A stretch of 53,088 nt of DNA, from positions 1 to 53,088 of the IMG/VR virus record IMGVR_UViG_3300031857_000262, one strand, 5' to 3'. Below the pieces are notes generated by a model that was given only the letters and a program-made list of their open reading frames with translations, had not been told where the DNA came from and searched no databases. Below are positions 36,957 to 46,387 of the stretch, in pieces. A program made the translations under genes and the position numbers. Position 1 is the first letter of the stretch, and every line of letters begins with the position of its first letter. The stretch is from a virus. Taxonomy: Duplodnaviria; Caudoviricetes.

Positions 36957-37391
36957 ATGTTCAAGTATGTTGCTCGATCACTATTCTATCTACAAAAGTT
37001 CAACACTCGTGTTGATCGTGGTAAAAAGAATGGCCTAACAAGAACAGCTGCACTCATTCGTGGTGCAGCTATTCGATCACTTAAGATTAGCAAACAAACA
37101 TCCTCCCCAGGAAACCCGCCGTTTGCTAAGACTAGGGGTGGTTTGAGAATCATCGAGTTTGTTACCTACTCAAACGGAGCTATCATCGGCCCTGTTAAGT
37201 TTCCAGGTAGCGACTTTTTTAATCAACCTGTTCCACACATTCACGAGTTTGGTGGAACATTTTTCAGTCAGTTTAGTTACTATTCCTACCCTGAACGATC
37301 TTACATGGGTCACACACTAAAGCAGTTAACTGCCCGTGGTGCGATTGCCAAAGAGTTCAAGGTGGGACTAGCTCGCCAGTTCAACTTCTAA
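36957..37391 (+). CDS. virion morphogenesis / tail completion protein
   Basis: basic protein with SSPGNPP, HEFGG, YPERSYM motifs. Confidence 0.7.
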   Translation: MFKYVARSLFYLQKFNTRVDRGKKNGLTRTAALIRGAAIRSLKISKQTSSPGNPPFAKTRGGLRIIEFVTYSNGAIIGPVKFPGSDFFNQPVPHIHEFGGTFFSQFSYYSYPERSYMGHTLKQLTARGAIAKEFKVGLARQFNF

Positions 37392-37406
37392 TACAAGGGC
37401 TTACTT

Positions 37407-38240
37407 ATGCCAGGGCTTACCGATCTTACCAATTGCGACAAGAAAGGTTCTGAGGTATCGTTGTATTACGATACTGCGGACGATCCTTCGACCGCAGGTG
37501 GTTCATCCTGCACCACTCCAGTGTGGGTGTACCACAAGGGAGTCACAGGAGATTTGTCCATCAACGACACCGACGACGAAGAAGAATTGTCGGTTCGTGA
37601 CCCAGACCAGTTGTACAAACAGTACAGCGAGTCCAAAAGTGATTTGGAGATTTCTGGAGAACAAGTTGTCGATCCAGCCTATGAAGGTTGTATCTACATG
37701 GTTTCAGCTCGCCCAGGAAGTTACGCAAGAAACTTCTTGGCTCTGACCGGATACTTGACCGAAGTCGGCAACGTCGGTTTCAAAGGCAAGTTCCGCAACT
37801 TCGACCGATCAATCACCGGACCTGAAACCGGAGCACCCAAGCAAAACTTCAAGCTGAAACCAGCAGCTTGTGTTAAGTCTGGTTGTAAGATCACTCCAGT
37901 CAAAGTTGCTACAGCAGGAACACTCGCCACCTACGACCCAGGAGCATTTGCTGCTTTGGACATGAAATCCATGGCAGCAGAGATCGCAGCTCACCCAGTC
38001 TACCAAGCCCTCAACCGCACAACAGCAGAAGAAGTTTTCACTTCTGTTGGTCCACTGTTGAAGTTCTTGGGTGAATCTACTGTCGATGACCTGCTATCCA
38101 GCTTCGTCGATGCCAGCCCAATCCCCCCAGAAAACAACCCACGATCAACCAGACGATTCAAGGCTAACCCAGTGGGTATGGGTGGATTCAATCGAGTAGC
38201 TTTGCTTGAAGCTCTTGACAACATTGTCAAGAACGTATAA
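37407..38240 (+). CDS. major tail tube protein with C-terminal extension
   Basis: position before chaperone and tape measure; acidic beta-rich N-terminal 160 aa. Confidence 0.7.
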   Translation: MPGLTDLTNCDKKGSEVSLYYDTADDPSTAGGSSCTTPVWVYHKGVTGDLSINDTDDEEELSVRDPDQLYKQYSESKSDLEISGEQVVDPAYEGCIYMVSARPGSYARNFLALTGYLTEVGNVGFKGKFRNFDRSITGPETGAPKQNFKLKPAACVKSGCKITPVKVATAGTLATYDPGAFAALDMKSMAAEIAAHPVYQALNRTTAEEVFTSVGPLLKFLGESTVDDLLSSFVDASPIPPENNPRSTRRFKANPVGMGGFNRVALLEALDNIVKNV

Positions 38241-38257
38241 GCCACAACCTGACACAC

Positions 38258-38295
38258 ACTATCCTATGGTTCTACTTTTAGGACCATAGGATAGT
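38258..38295 (+). terminator. strong hairpin after the tail tube gene (terminator or mRNA stabiliser)
   Basis: 17 bp stem ACTATCCTATGGTTCTA/TAGGACCATAGGATAGT; no clear U tract. Confidence 0.55.
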
Positions 38296-38351
38296 CGTCT
38301 GAATACCCATATTTTTACCCTCAATAAACCCTCTTTGTACTCGGAGTTCTC

Positions 38352-38789
38352 ATGTCTAAGGTTATCTGTAAATTCTCCTTCAACGGTAAGCAATACCCGA
38401 TCGTCATCAAGTGGACGACAGCCTTCTCAGTTCTTCCTGAAAAGTTTGACATCGAAATCCTCAAGCTGTTTGTCGACGACCAACTCACCCAGCAAACCGC
38501 CAGTCGACTTTTAGTTGACGACGAACTTGCTCTTCGACTATTCTGGTATTACCTCGAACCACAAGTCGAATTCAACTGGGACAAGTTCCTCGAACTGCTC
38601 GATGAAGAACCAGAAGCAGTCGAAAACTTTCGAGAAGCATTCTGGAGTGCCGTTGTAAATTTTTCCAGCCCCCAGAAAAAGGGAATTTTGGGGGACATGT
38701 GGAAAATGCTCAAGAAAGAGATGAAACAGTTGAGTCTCGATACGGACAAATCATCGAAGTCGCCTTCCGAGTCGAGTCCCGAGGAATAG
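38352..38789 (+). CDS. tail assembly chaperone (gpG-like)
   Basis: between tail tube and tape measure; contains slippery heptamer A AAT TTT. Confidence 0.8.
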   Translation: MSKVICKFSFNGKQYPIVIKWTTAFSVLPEKFDIEILKLFVDDQLTQQTASRLLVDDELALRLFWYYLEPQVEFNWDKFLELLDEEPEAVENFREAFWSAVVNFSSPQKKGILGDMWKMLKKEMKQLSLDTDKSSKSPSESSPEE

Positions 38790-38989
38790 ACATAAGTTCC
38801 AAAACTCTTGGGGAAATTATGTACATTGAATGGCTTGCCCATGAACGAGACCAAATCAATTGGGCTTGTTCAGCACAAAGCAATGAACTTCTCCCACAAA
38901 GCATAAAGAACCGCAGCAAGCCTAAAGGTTCTGGTGCAGCACAGTTAAGAGCAGCAGTAGACGGAATGGTTGCAAAAGGAAATTACTAA
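38657..38989 (+). CDS. tail assembly chaperone -1 frameshift extension (gpGT-like)
   Basis: -1 frame open from the slippery site at 38657 to TAA 38989, adjoining the tape measure start. Confidence 0.75.
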   Translation, partial: KFFQPPEKGNFGGHVENAQERDETVESRYGQIIEVAFRVESRGIDISSKTLGEIMYIEWLAHERDQINWACSAQSNELLPQSIKNRSKPKGSGAAQLRAAVDGMVAKGNY

Positions 38990-41900
38990 TGAGTCGCCAA
39001 AGTATCCAGGCAGGTAAAGCAGTTATCGTTGTTGAACTTACTGATCGTGCAACTATGCAGTTCAGCAAGCTAACCAGCGGCTTATCTGCTCAGATGATGC
39101 GAGCCTCTCGATCTTTGCGTAACCTTTCCACTGGTGCTGCTGGTGGCTTGTTTGCTACAGGTGTTGCAGTTCGTAGCACCATCAAAGACTTCACAAACTT
39201 CGAAGATCAAATGCTTAACCTTACCGTTAAGCTAGGCTATTTCGGCAACCTCACCCAGGAACAAACGAGCAACATTGCTGGACTCCGTAAAGTTATCATG
39301 GACTTGGGTCGTACTACAGCCTTTACTTCAAAAGAAGTAGCCGATGCTGCGGTTAGTCTTGCCCAAGCTGGTTTCTCGGTAGACGAGATTAAAAGCAGCC
39401 TTCAAGGTACTCTTGACTTTGCCCGAGGTACGGGATATGCTCTGGGTGAATCAGCAGACATGTTGGCTAACGTAATCCGTACGTTCAATATGTTTGGTGA
39501 AAACGATACTCTCGAAACTCGGATGAACACCATCACCAACGTAACTTCCCAGATGGTGAAGGCTACTCGTCTTGGTACGATTGAAATCGTAGACCTTCGA
39601 GAAGCTCTTAAGTATGCTGCTGGTACTGCCGGCAACTTGGGAATCAAACTCCCCGTCTTATTGGGCTTTCTTGTTCAAATGTCTGAGTCTGGACTCAAAG
39701 CTAGCTTAGCTGGTACGAGTTTGAACACAGCATTGCTAAACATGATTAAGAGTTCTGACAAACTTCGACAAACCTTCCCTTCGTTTCAAATTGTCACCGA
39801 TGCTGCTGGCAACGAAGATTTATTATCAACTATGTATAATTTATACGAGTTGACAAATAAAATGACGAAAGTCCAAAAAACTGATTTCTTTGGAGACATC
39901 TTCAACATTCGTGGAGCACGAATGGTTTCGTCTACAGAAGAAATTGAGCGAGTGGAAATGTTCATTGAGTCCATCCGCAAAGCTGGAGCTGAGTCTCGAC
40001 TAGCCGCTGCTAAGATGGAAGAAGGTCCAGGTGGTGCTGTTCGTCGATTGACGAGTGCTTTCGAGACTCTCAAGATCACAATCGGAAAACTGGTCGAAGG
40101 AGAGTTTCTTGCACTCTTTAACATGGGTGCTTACATCGTCACTCTGTTCGAAGAATGGTTGAAGAAGAACAAACTACTGGCAGCTACATTCTTGCTGCTT
40201 CCAGTAATCTTTGCTACAACAATGGTCGGAGCATACACCCTATCCTTTGCTCTGTCCAGACTAGCCAAGGCTATGAGTCTCGTTACCCTAGCAGGTAGAG
40301 GCTTACGTTTTCTGGGTGGGTCGTTAAAGAATACTGCTGCTATGTTACCTGCTGGTGGTCAATCCGCCAGAGCAATGCAAGCAGCTAAAGTAGCTAGACT
40401 ACAACGATCCATTGATGCAGCCATGTCTGGTGGTAATGCAGCCAAAGTTGCTGGTTCCAAGACAATGGCTAAGTTAATCAAAGAAGCCATGAAACTCCAG
40501 AAGATGGGTCGTGGTGGTTTGTTTGGAGCAATCGGTCGAGGAATCATGGGTGCTGGTCGTGGAGCAGGACAAGCTGCCATGTCAAGTGTCCGTGGTATCC
40601 GTAGTGGTGCTGCTGCAATAGCCCAACGCAAGGAAGCTATTCGTAACAACAAGCTGATGAACTCAGCCATTCGTGGGGAGCAAATGATTGCCCTCAAAAA
40701 CGAACGAGCATTCCAAGCACAAATGGCTAAAGTATCTGCCCCAATCAAGTCCCTCCCCAGGAAAGCAGCAGCCCTGCCAGACTTGGTTAAAGAACGTCAG
40801 AAGTACGTTCAGCTATTGCAACGATCAAAAGCAGTAGACATGGGGGCGATTGTAAGACCTATAGCTCAGGCACTAAAAACTCTACAGTCACCTGACAACC
40901 TAAAAATAGTCGATCAAATGTATGATCGGTTATTTAAGGTTCGTCAAATCTTGTCTGAGTTGCCAAAAGCAATGATTACAAAAGATGGTCCTAAGACGTC
41001 TGCTACTTGGCTAAAGTATCGTCAAGAAGAACTACTGATTGCTCAAAGAATCAACTTGTTTGAAGCACAACGAGTTAGACTTCAAAAAGAAATGATTAGT
41101 ACAGTTTCTCAGGTACGAAACTATGAGAATGCTCCCGTAGCAAGACAAGCTGCTAGAGTAAAAGAAGTTGCTGCTTTGCATAAAACACAAAGACAACTAG
41201 ATGCTGCTAACATAGCCAAGTCTACAGCCGCCAGAGCAAAACAAGCAAAGACTGTTCAAGCCCTAGACCGTACCATTGCTGGTAAACGAATTGCAAGTGA
41301 AATGAAACTTGCTACTTTACGTTCCAGACTTACCAGTGTTCGTGGTGTCAGTTCTATGGCTGGTGGACTTGCCCGTGGTGCAATGAGTGGTATTGCTGGT
41401 GGATTCAAGTCCCTCAAAGGAATGATGACTGGAGCTAACTTGCTTAGAGCTGGTCAAGGAATCATGACTCTTGCAGGTGGCTTCCTCAGACTAGCTGGAT
41501 CGGTTGGTCGGTTTGTGTTTTCTTGGAACTTTGTCGGCATGATCTTCAACGTACTGTTGATGTTCGGTGACAAGATTCCAGCAGTAGTCAATGCTTTCAA
41601 AGCACTTGGTGCTGGTATTTCTGGAGCTTTCGGTGAGCTTGGTAAAGTAGCTAGCTACGCAGGTCCAGCAATGAACCTGTTCAAGCTAGCATTCTCTGCC
41701 TTCCGCCAGGGAGAAACGGGAGTGGGAGTTCAAGCTCTACAAACTGGTTTCATGGGTCTAGTAGACATCATCAAGAACCAACTTGTTGCTGCTTGGAACA
41801 CCTTCCTAGTCCATGTCGAATACATGTGGATTGTCCTCAGGAAAATATTCGAAGGACTCAAGGTAATCTTCATGAGTATCTTCGAGGGAATTTCCAAGAC

Positions 41901-42906
41901 GTTTAGCTTCATGGCTTCACCAATCATGGCTTCACTTGGAGACGTGTTTGGTAGTGGCGGTGGAGGTAACATGGCTCAAACAGCCACCATGATTGTGAAA
42001 GGCATCGACATGTTTGTCACAGGTTTCTTCAAGGGACTAATTTCTTTGAGTGAAACACTACAAACATTCCTTGCAGACTTTCAGACTATACTTGGCCGTT
42101 CAATTTACACTCTAACCGGCATGAATGCTGGTAAGGAAATTGAACGTGAAGGTATGGGTAGAAGGACCACAACGGAAATGCAAGCTAGCATCGCAAGAGG
42201 TATGCTTGAATTCGAACGTAAGCAACGAGCCAAACAACTCGAACAAATCATGGCTATCTCCCCCCAGGAAATAGCTCGACGTCGAGCTGGTGCAGCTGCT
42301 GGTGCTAACGAACGATCAGCACAAACTGGTTATGCCATGAAAGCTCAATTTGAAAATCTAAAGACTGCTCTGGAAACAAATCTGTTAAACAGACAGATTA
42401 CAATGTTTGGTCTACAACAAGACACTAAGGGTCCTTCTGATGCTCAACTTGCTGCACAAAAGCAGAAAGCCTACAACGAAGTTCAAACAGAACTTGCTTC
42501 TGTAAGAGCTAGGTTGGCAGAAGCAGACAAAGAGCAAGGAAGTACAGACATGCAAAAGCTGTACGACAGTCTACAGACTCCAGAAGATTTGGGTCAAGAC
42601 AATACCAGGCTTTCGGCACTAAGTGATTTAATGGCTAAACCTGCGATTGCCGATGCTAGAGAAAAAGCAGCATTGCTTCAAAGAGAACAATTTTTATTGC
42701 GATCTTTGTACTCTACACAAAACAATCCTCAACAACAACTGCAACAAGAACTTCCAAAGTTTTTGCAAGCATTAACTGGTGGAGCTATGTCTACCAGAGC
42801 AATCCTTCGAACCGACACCAAACGTCAAGAAGATTTGATGAAAGAACAGATTACTCAGCAACAAGAAACTAACCGTTTACTTTCAATTCAAGGTGGTATA
42901 GGATGA
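38989..42906 (+). CDS. tail tape measure protein (TP901-family core)
   Basis: 1305 aa, Ala/Gly-rich; LGRTTAFTSKEVADA, LAQAGFS, LKYAA, ASLAGTSL. Confidence 0.93.
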   Translation: MSRQSIQAGKAVIVVELTDRATMQFSKLTSGLSAQMMRASRSLRNLSTGAAGGLFATGVAVRSTIKDFTNFEDQMLNLTVKLGYFGNLTQEQTSNIAGLRKVIMDLGRTTAFTSKEVADAAVSLAQAGFSVDEIKSSLQGTLDFARGTGYALGESADMLANVIRTFNMFGENDTLETRMNTITNVTSQMVKATRLGTIEIVDLREALKYAAGTAGNLGIKLPVLLGFLVQMSESGLKASLAGTSLNTALLNMIKSSDKLRQTFPSFQIVTDAAGNEDLLSTMYNLYELTNKMTKVQKTDFFGDIFNIRGARMVSSTEEIERVEMFIESIRKAGAESRLAAAKMEEGPGGAVRRLTSAFETLKITIGKLVEGEFLALFNMGAYIVTLFEEWLKKNKLLAATFLLLPVIFATTMVGAYTLSFALSRLAKAMSLVTLAGRGLRFLGGSLKNTAAMLPAGGQSARAMQAAKVARLQRSIDAAMSGGNAAKVAGSKTMAKLIKEAMKLQKMGRGGLFGAIGRGIMGAGRGAGQAAMSSVRGIRSGAAAIAQRKEAIRNNKLMNSAIRGEQMIALKNERAFQAQMAKVSAPIKSLPRKAAALPDLVKERQKYVQLLQRSKAVDMGAIVRPIAQALKTLQSPDNLKIVDQMYDRLFKVRQILSELPKAMITKDGPKTSATWLKYRQEELLIAQRINLFEAQRVRLQKEMISTVSQVRNYENAPVARQAARVKEVAALHKTQRQLDAANIAKSTAARAKQAKTVQALDRTIAGKRIASEMKLATLRSRLTSVRGVSSMAGGLARGAMSGIAGGFKSLKGMMTGANLLRAGQGIMTLAGGFLRLAGSVGRFVFSWNFVGMIFNVLLMFGDKIPAVVNAFKALGAGISGAFGELGKVASYAGPAMNLFKLAFSAFRQGETGVGVQALQTGFMGLVDIIKNQLVAAWNTFLVHVEYMWIVLRKIFEGLKVIFMSIFEGISKTFSFMASPIMASLGDVFGSGGGGNMAQTATMIVKGIDMFVTGFFKGLISLSETLQTFLADFQTILGRSIYTLTGMNAGKEIEREGMGRRTTTEMQASIARGMLEFERKQRAKQLEQIMAISPQEIARRRAGAAAGANERSAQTGYAMKAQFENLKTALETNLLNRQITMFGLQQDTKGPSDAQLAAQKQKAYNEVQTELASVRARLAEADKEQGSTDMQKLYDSLQTPEDLGQDNTRLSALSDLMAKPAIADAREKAALLQREQFLLRSLYSTQNNPQQQLQQELPKFLQALTGGAMSTRAILRTDTKRQEDLMKEQITQQQETNRLLSIQGGIG

Positions 42907-43199
42907 TTTCAAACGAAGCCAGTGTAATAATCGCACACCGTATGTTGTCGATTCTTGCAAAACACTCACGACCTACGTTTAGAATGTTCTACGCCGACTA
43001 CCGAGCATTGTTCTCTCCAGTAAAAGTTCCGGCAGTTAAGGAATTTCCTCTGGGGGAGACGATTGGTTTTGTTGATGTTGATTGTTCTAAAGCAATAGCT
43101 TACTTGAAAGACCGTTACAATTTTGTAGACAGTACGGAACTGCGAGAGATTCTTTCAGAAGAAGCTGAGCAATTACAAGAGGAGACGCACCATGCCTAG
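42903..43199 (+). CDS. hypothetical protein
   Basis: 98 aa, overlaps both neighbours. Confidence 0.55.
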   Translation: MISNEASVIIAHRMLSILAKHSRPTFRMFYADYRALFSPVKVPAVKEFPLGETIGFVDVDCSKAIAYLKDRYNFVDSTELREILSEEAEQLQEETHHA

Positions 43200-44316
43200 T
43201 GACTTTGGTCCGAATGACATTGTGTATGAAGAAGTCTTTGGAGACTCACGTGGGTTCACAATCAATCGACAAACCATCACAAAAGACTTTACATTTAGAG
43301 TCTCTAGTGACTGGTTTGTCGATTGGGCTGAATCACACGTTCTCCCAGGAACTGACCTGGACATGTTGTTTGATGACAAAGTGATGCAGCAACAACTACT
43401 CCCAATCTTTTACGGATTAGTTCCATTGACATTCATGTTTTACATCAGTGACACTGAATTTCAATTGTTGTTCTGTGCTAGCTTGACCGCCAAACAAATC
43501 AACTGGACAACATGGGAAATCAAAGTAACCTACGACATTCCAGACGACAACGGTTCTAATCAAGGGGGTGACGCTGGTGGAGCTACTGGACCTTCAGACG
43601 GTGAAAACAATTCAACCAAGTTTACACAAGTGTCTTTCAACGGTAGCTGCACTACCGAAAAGATACAGAAAGCTAGAGTAGTCGAATGCCAACGAGCAAA
43701 GAACCGCCCAGGAACAGAACCGCTGCCATACCAAAACGGTAGCTATGGTTTGATTGGTTACAGTGAAGATGGGATCGAAGGAGCCGAAGTCTACGTTCGA
43801 TCTTTTAAGTTCCAAATCACCCAATACATGCCACCAACTATGCTAACATATTCATACGTTCGCAGGTTGTCTCGAATGCTAACCACCCTAAACAAGAAAG
43901 ACTTCTTCGGATTCGCCCCCGGAAGTGTGATGTTTATGGGTTACTCTGGTGAAGGTGATTTGTTTCAAGCTGTGCCTGTAACTCTTGAGTTTGAAGTCAA
44001 ACCAAACTTCAAGTTTTCAGACGTAACAGAAGCTCTTGCTAGCCCCAAAGACGAAGTTACTTACGTGGGTGGTAAGAAAGTTATCGTTACTACCAACCAA
44101 TTTGACACCATTTACGAACCTGAATTTCCAGCTACAGTAGTAGATGCTCTAAACGGAGTACAACCTGCTGGAGTACATTCCGGTTGGAGTTTAGTGTCAT
44201 ACGAGTATGCTCCTCAGATTGTGTCTAACACAAGAGGTCGAGTAATTCGAGTACCGTCTCACCGAGTCATCCTCAAGCACTACAAATACTCTGACTACAA
44301 AGACTTCCTACTATAA
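43192..44316 (+). CDS. putative distal tail/baseplate protein
   Basis: follows the tape measure; LNKKDFFGFAPGSVMFMG; AGGAG RBS. Confidence 0.65.
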   Translation: MPSDFGPNDIVYEEVFGDSRGFTINRQTITKDFTFRVSSDWFVDWAESHVLPGTDLDMLFDDKVMQQQLLPIFYGLVPLTFMFYISDTEFQLLFCASLTAKQINWTTWEIKVTYDIPDDNGSNQGGDAGGATGPSDGENNSTKFTQVSFNGSCTTEKIQKARVVECQRAKNRPGTEPLPYQNGSYGLIGYSEDGIEGAEVYVRSFKFQITQYMPPTMLTYSYVRRLSRMLTTLNKKDFFGFAPGSVMFMGYSGEGDLFQAVPVTLEFEVKPNFKFSDVTEALASPKDEVTYVGGKKVIVTTNQFDTIYEPEFPATVVDALNGVQPAGVHSGWSLVSYEYAPQIVSNTRGRVIRVPSHRVILKHYKYSDYKDFLL

Positions 44317-45080
44317 TGGCTAGACGAGCAGTCCACCCAGGAACACCGTTCAAAGAAATCTTTACAAGTAAGTTTGTCAATGAGCTTACTCGTATACCTT
44401 CTCCAGCAAACTTTGTCCCAAGTATTCAAGGTTCCCCCGACGATGTTAGAATCATGGGGCAACTTGAAACTGGTGACGGCATAATCGAGCCATATGAACC
44501 TGTACTCATATGGAAACCAGCTTTCACGTTCGACACCAACAACGCCACACTCCCCCAGGAAACTCAAAATGTCCCGACAGCTTACGTTAATAAACTTTCT
44601 GAATACAATTCGGTTACTCACGGTTGGCTTCCTCATTGGGGTATCGCTCTCGGACTTATCACTAGCACTCAAGCAGCCCCTGTACTACTTTCGGGAGTCA
44701 ACTTCCTCAAGATCAGTGGTACAACCCCTAGTGCAAACTTGGCAACCTACCGAGGAATCGATATCGTCAACGGAGTTATGACGTACGACTTGTTTGGTCG
44801 AGCCGAAATAATCGGCAACCTCGATCCAGCTAAGTCTCACGTTTTGGTTTCCCTCACCAGGAGACTGCGAACGACAGTTTGTGGACGATCCATTAATGCT
44901 ATTGGAACTACCAGTAGTGGACCGTTTAACTTGCAAGTCCCTTCTGGGGGTGGATGGAATAGTACATCGGTTCAATTGATTGGGTACAATCGCAGCACCA
45001 CCGTAGCTGTAGGTTCTAACAAGAATCTAGTAGCTGTCGAAGGTGACGGTCGTTGGGTCATTGTTTTTGCGGAGTGTTAA
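44316..45080 (+). CDS. putative tail tip protein
   Basis: 254 aa, coupled; ends GRWVIVFAEC. Confidence 0.6.
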   Translation: MARRAVHPGTPFKEIFTSKFVNELTRIPSPANFVPSIQGSPDDVRIMGQLETGDGIIEPYEPVLIWKPAFTFDTNNATLPQETQNVPTAYVNKLSEYNSVTHGWLPHWGIALGLITSTQAAPVLLSGVNFLKISGTTPSANLATYRGIDIVNGVMTYDLFGRAEIIGNLDPAKSHVLVSLTRRLRTTVCGRSINAIGTTSSGPFNLQVPSGGGWNSTSVQLIGYNRSTTVAVGSNKNLVAVEGDGRWVIVFAEC

Positions 45081-46385
45081 ATGTCCAATTTCAATTGTCT
45101 AGCACCATGTTGTGTACCACCACCACCCCCAGAATGTTGCTTGACTTTAGCCGAACTAGCAGAACTATTTCCTAACGGATTGACTGTTTCTTCTACTGGA
45201 GTGTCAGTTTTTATTGACAATTCTCTGTGGAGACTGAGCAGCAGTTGTTGTGCCAGTGTAAACATAGGACCGTTTGGAGACATGCCTTTACCGGCTCCAG
45301 CTCCATTTCAACAACAGTGTACCAGTGTTTGGAACTACGATGCTTCGGAAGAATTTCGAATTAAGCATATGGTTCGCAAGTGGGAAACAGTCGTAGACTC
45401 TGCCCCAGAACCTAGACCTTGCAGTATTACCTGCCCAGAACCAGACTTGCTGGAAGATTTCCGAGAAGATTGGATTGTTGAAGATAAAGGAGAACTAGGG
45501 TTTGCTACTAGAGTAGAACTCTACAGCATTAACATCACTGTCGGCAAATCATTTCAAAACTGTGGGTATGGAACTCCGGCTTGTGTGTACACAGTCAGTG
45601 TAACGTTCAGTTATGCTTATGCTGCTAGTATGCCTCAAGCTCGAAGATATTACAACAAAGTAACTGGTACAGACATATTGACTCGGTGTGCAGACGGTAG
45701 CTACGTTAGAGAAACATTGTCAGAGTCTGGTGATTTTCCTATCTGCAACTATGCTTCCGTTCCAATTAGCGGTTTTGGTATGGGACAAATAGCTGTTACT
45801 CGAACTAAAGTGCTAACCACACTAACCAGTCCGATCACCTTAGCTGCTTCCGATCCAACCCCAGACTGGTGCGACTTACCAGGTGCTTGCGGTAACTACA
45901 CTTCTGAACAAACACTAGAAATTTGTTTAGAACCACCTTACCCAACCCGACCAGTTTACTCGGCTAGAACAAAAGAAACCAGAATTGTTAATCTAGGTTG
46001 TTACTTTGCTTACAGCTACGTAGACACTCTACCAGTGCCTTTCGACCAGACTCGATGCTACACTGTGTATGCTAACAGTAACAGACCCTACGAAGTCGAA
46101 CTGATAGTCTTACCTACACCCCCAGAAATTGCACTAGACTTAGAAGTTGTAGGTGGAAACCCAAAACAACTAATCAATTGTGAAGTGTTGTGTAGCGGAG
46201 ATACGTTCGGTACAACAGCTAATTGTTCTGACGACCCTCTTGATATAGTGTTACCTTTTGTCCCTGCTTACCTTACAAACGTAGGTTATCTAGCTGACTT
46301 GATTTCATTCAACTACGTTGGTTTCGACACTTCACTTCCAATCTGTCACAACTACACTTTCCCCAACTGGACTCTCACGTTCTAA
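45081..46385 (+). CDS. Cys-rich putative tail fibre/receptor-binding protein
   Basis: 434 aa; N-terminal PCCVPPPPPECC and many further Cys. Confidence 0.6.
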   Translation: MSNFNCLAPCCVPPPPPECCLTLAELAELFPNGLTVSSTGVSVFIDNSLWRLSSSCCASVNIGPFGDMPLPAPAPFQQQCTSVWNYDASEEFRIKHMVRKWETVVDSAPEPRPCSITCPEPDLLEDFREDWIVEDKGELGFATRVELYSINITVGKSFQNCGYGTPACVYTVSVTFSYAYAASMPQARRYYNKVTGTDILTRCADGSYVRETLSESGDFPICNYASVPISGFGMGQIAVTRTKVLTTLTSPITLAASDPTPDWCDLPGACGNYTSEQTLEICLEPPYPTRPVYSARTKETRIVNLGCYFAYSYVDTLPVPFDQTRCYTVYANSNRPYEVELIVLPTPPEIALDLEVVGGNPKQLINCEVLCSGDTFGTTANCSDDPLDIVLPFVPAYLTNVGYLADLISFNYVGFDTSLPICHNYTFPNWTLTF

Positions 46386-46387
46386 TC

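Noticed and set aside
29666-46385. Diversity-generating retroelement acting on fibre genes
   Set aside because: No reverse transcriptase and no template/variable repeat pair differing at adenines was seen.
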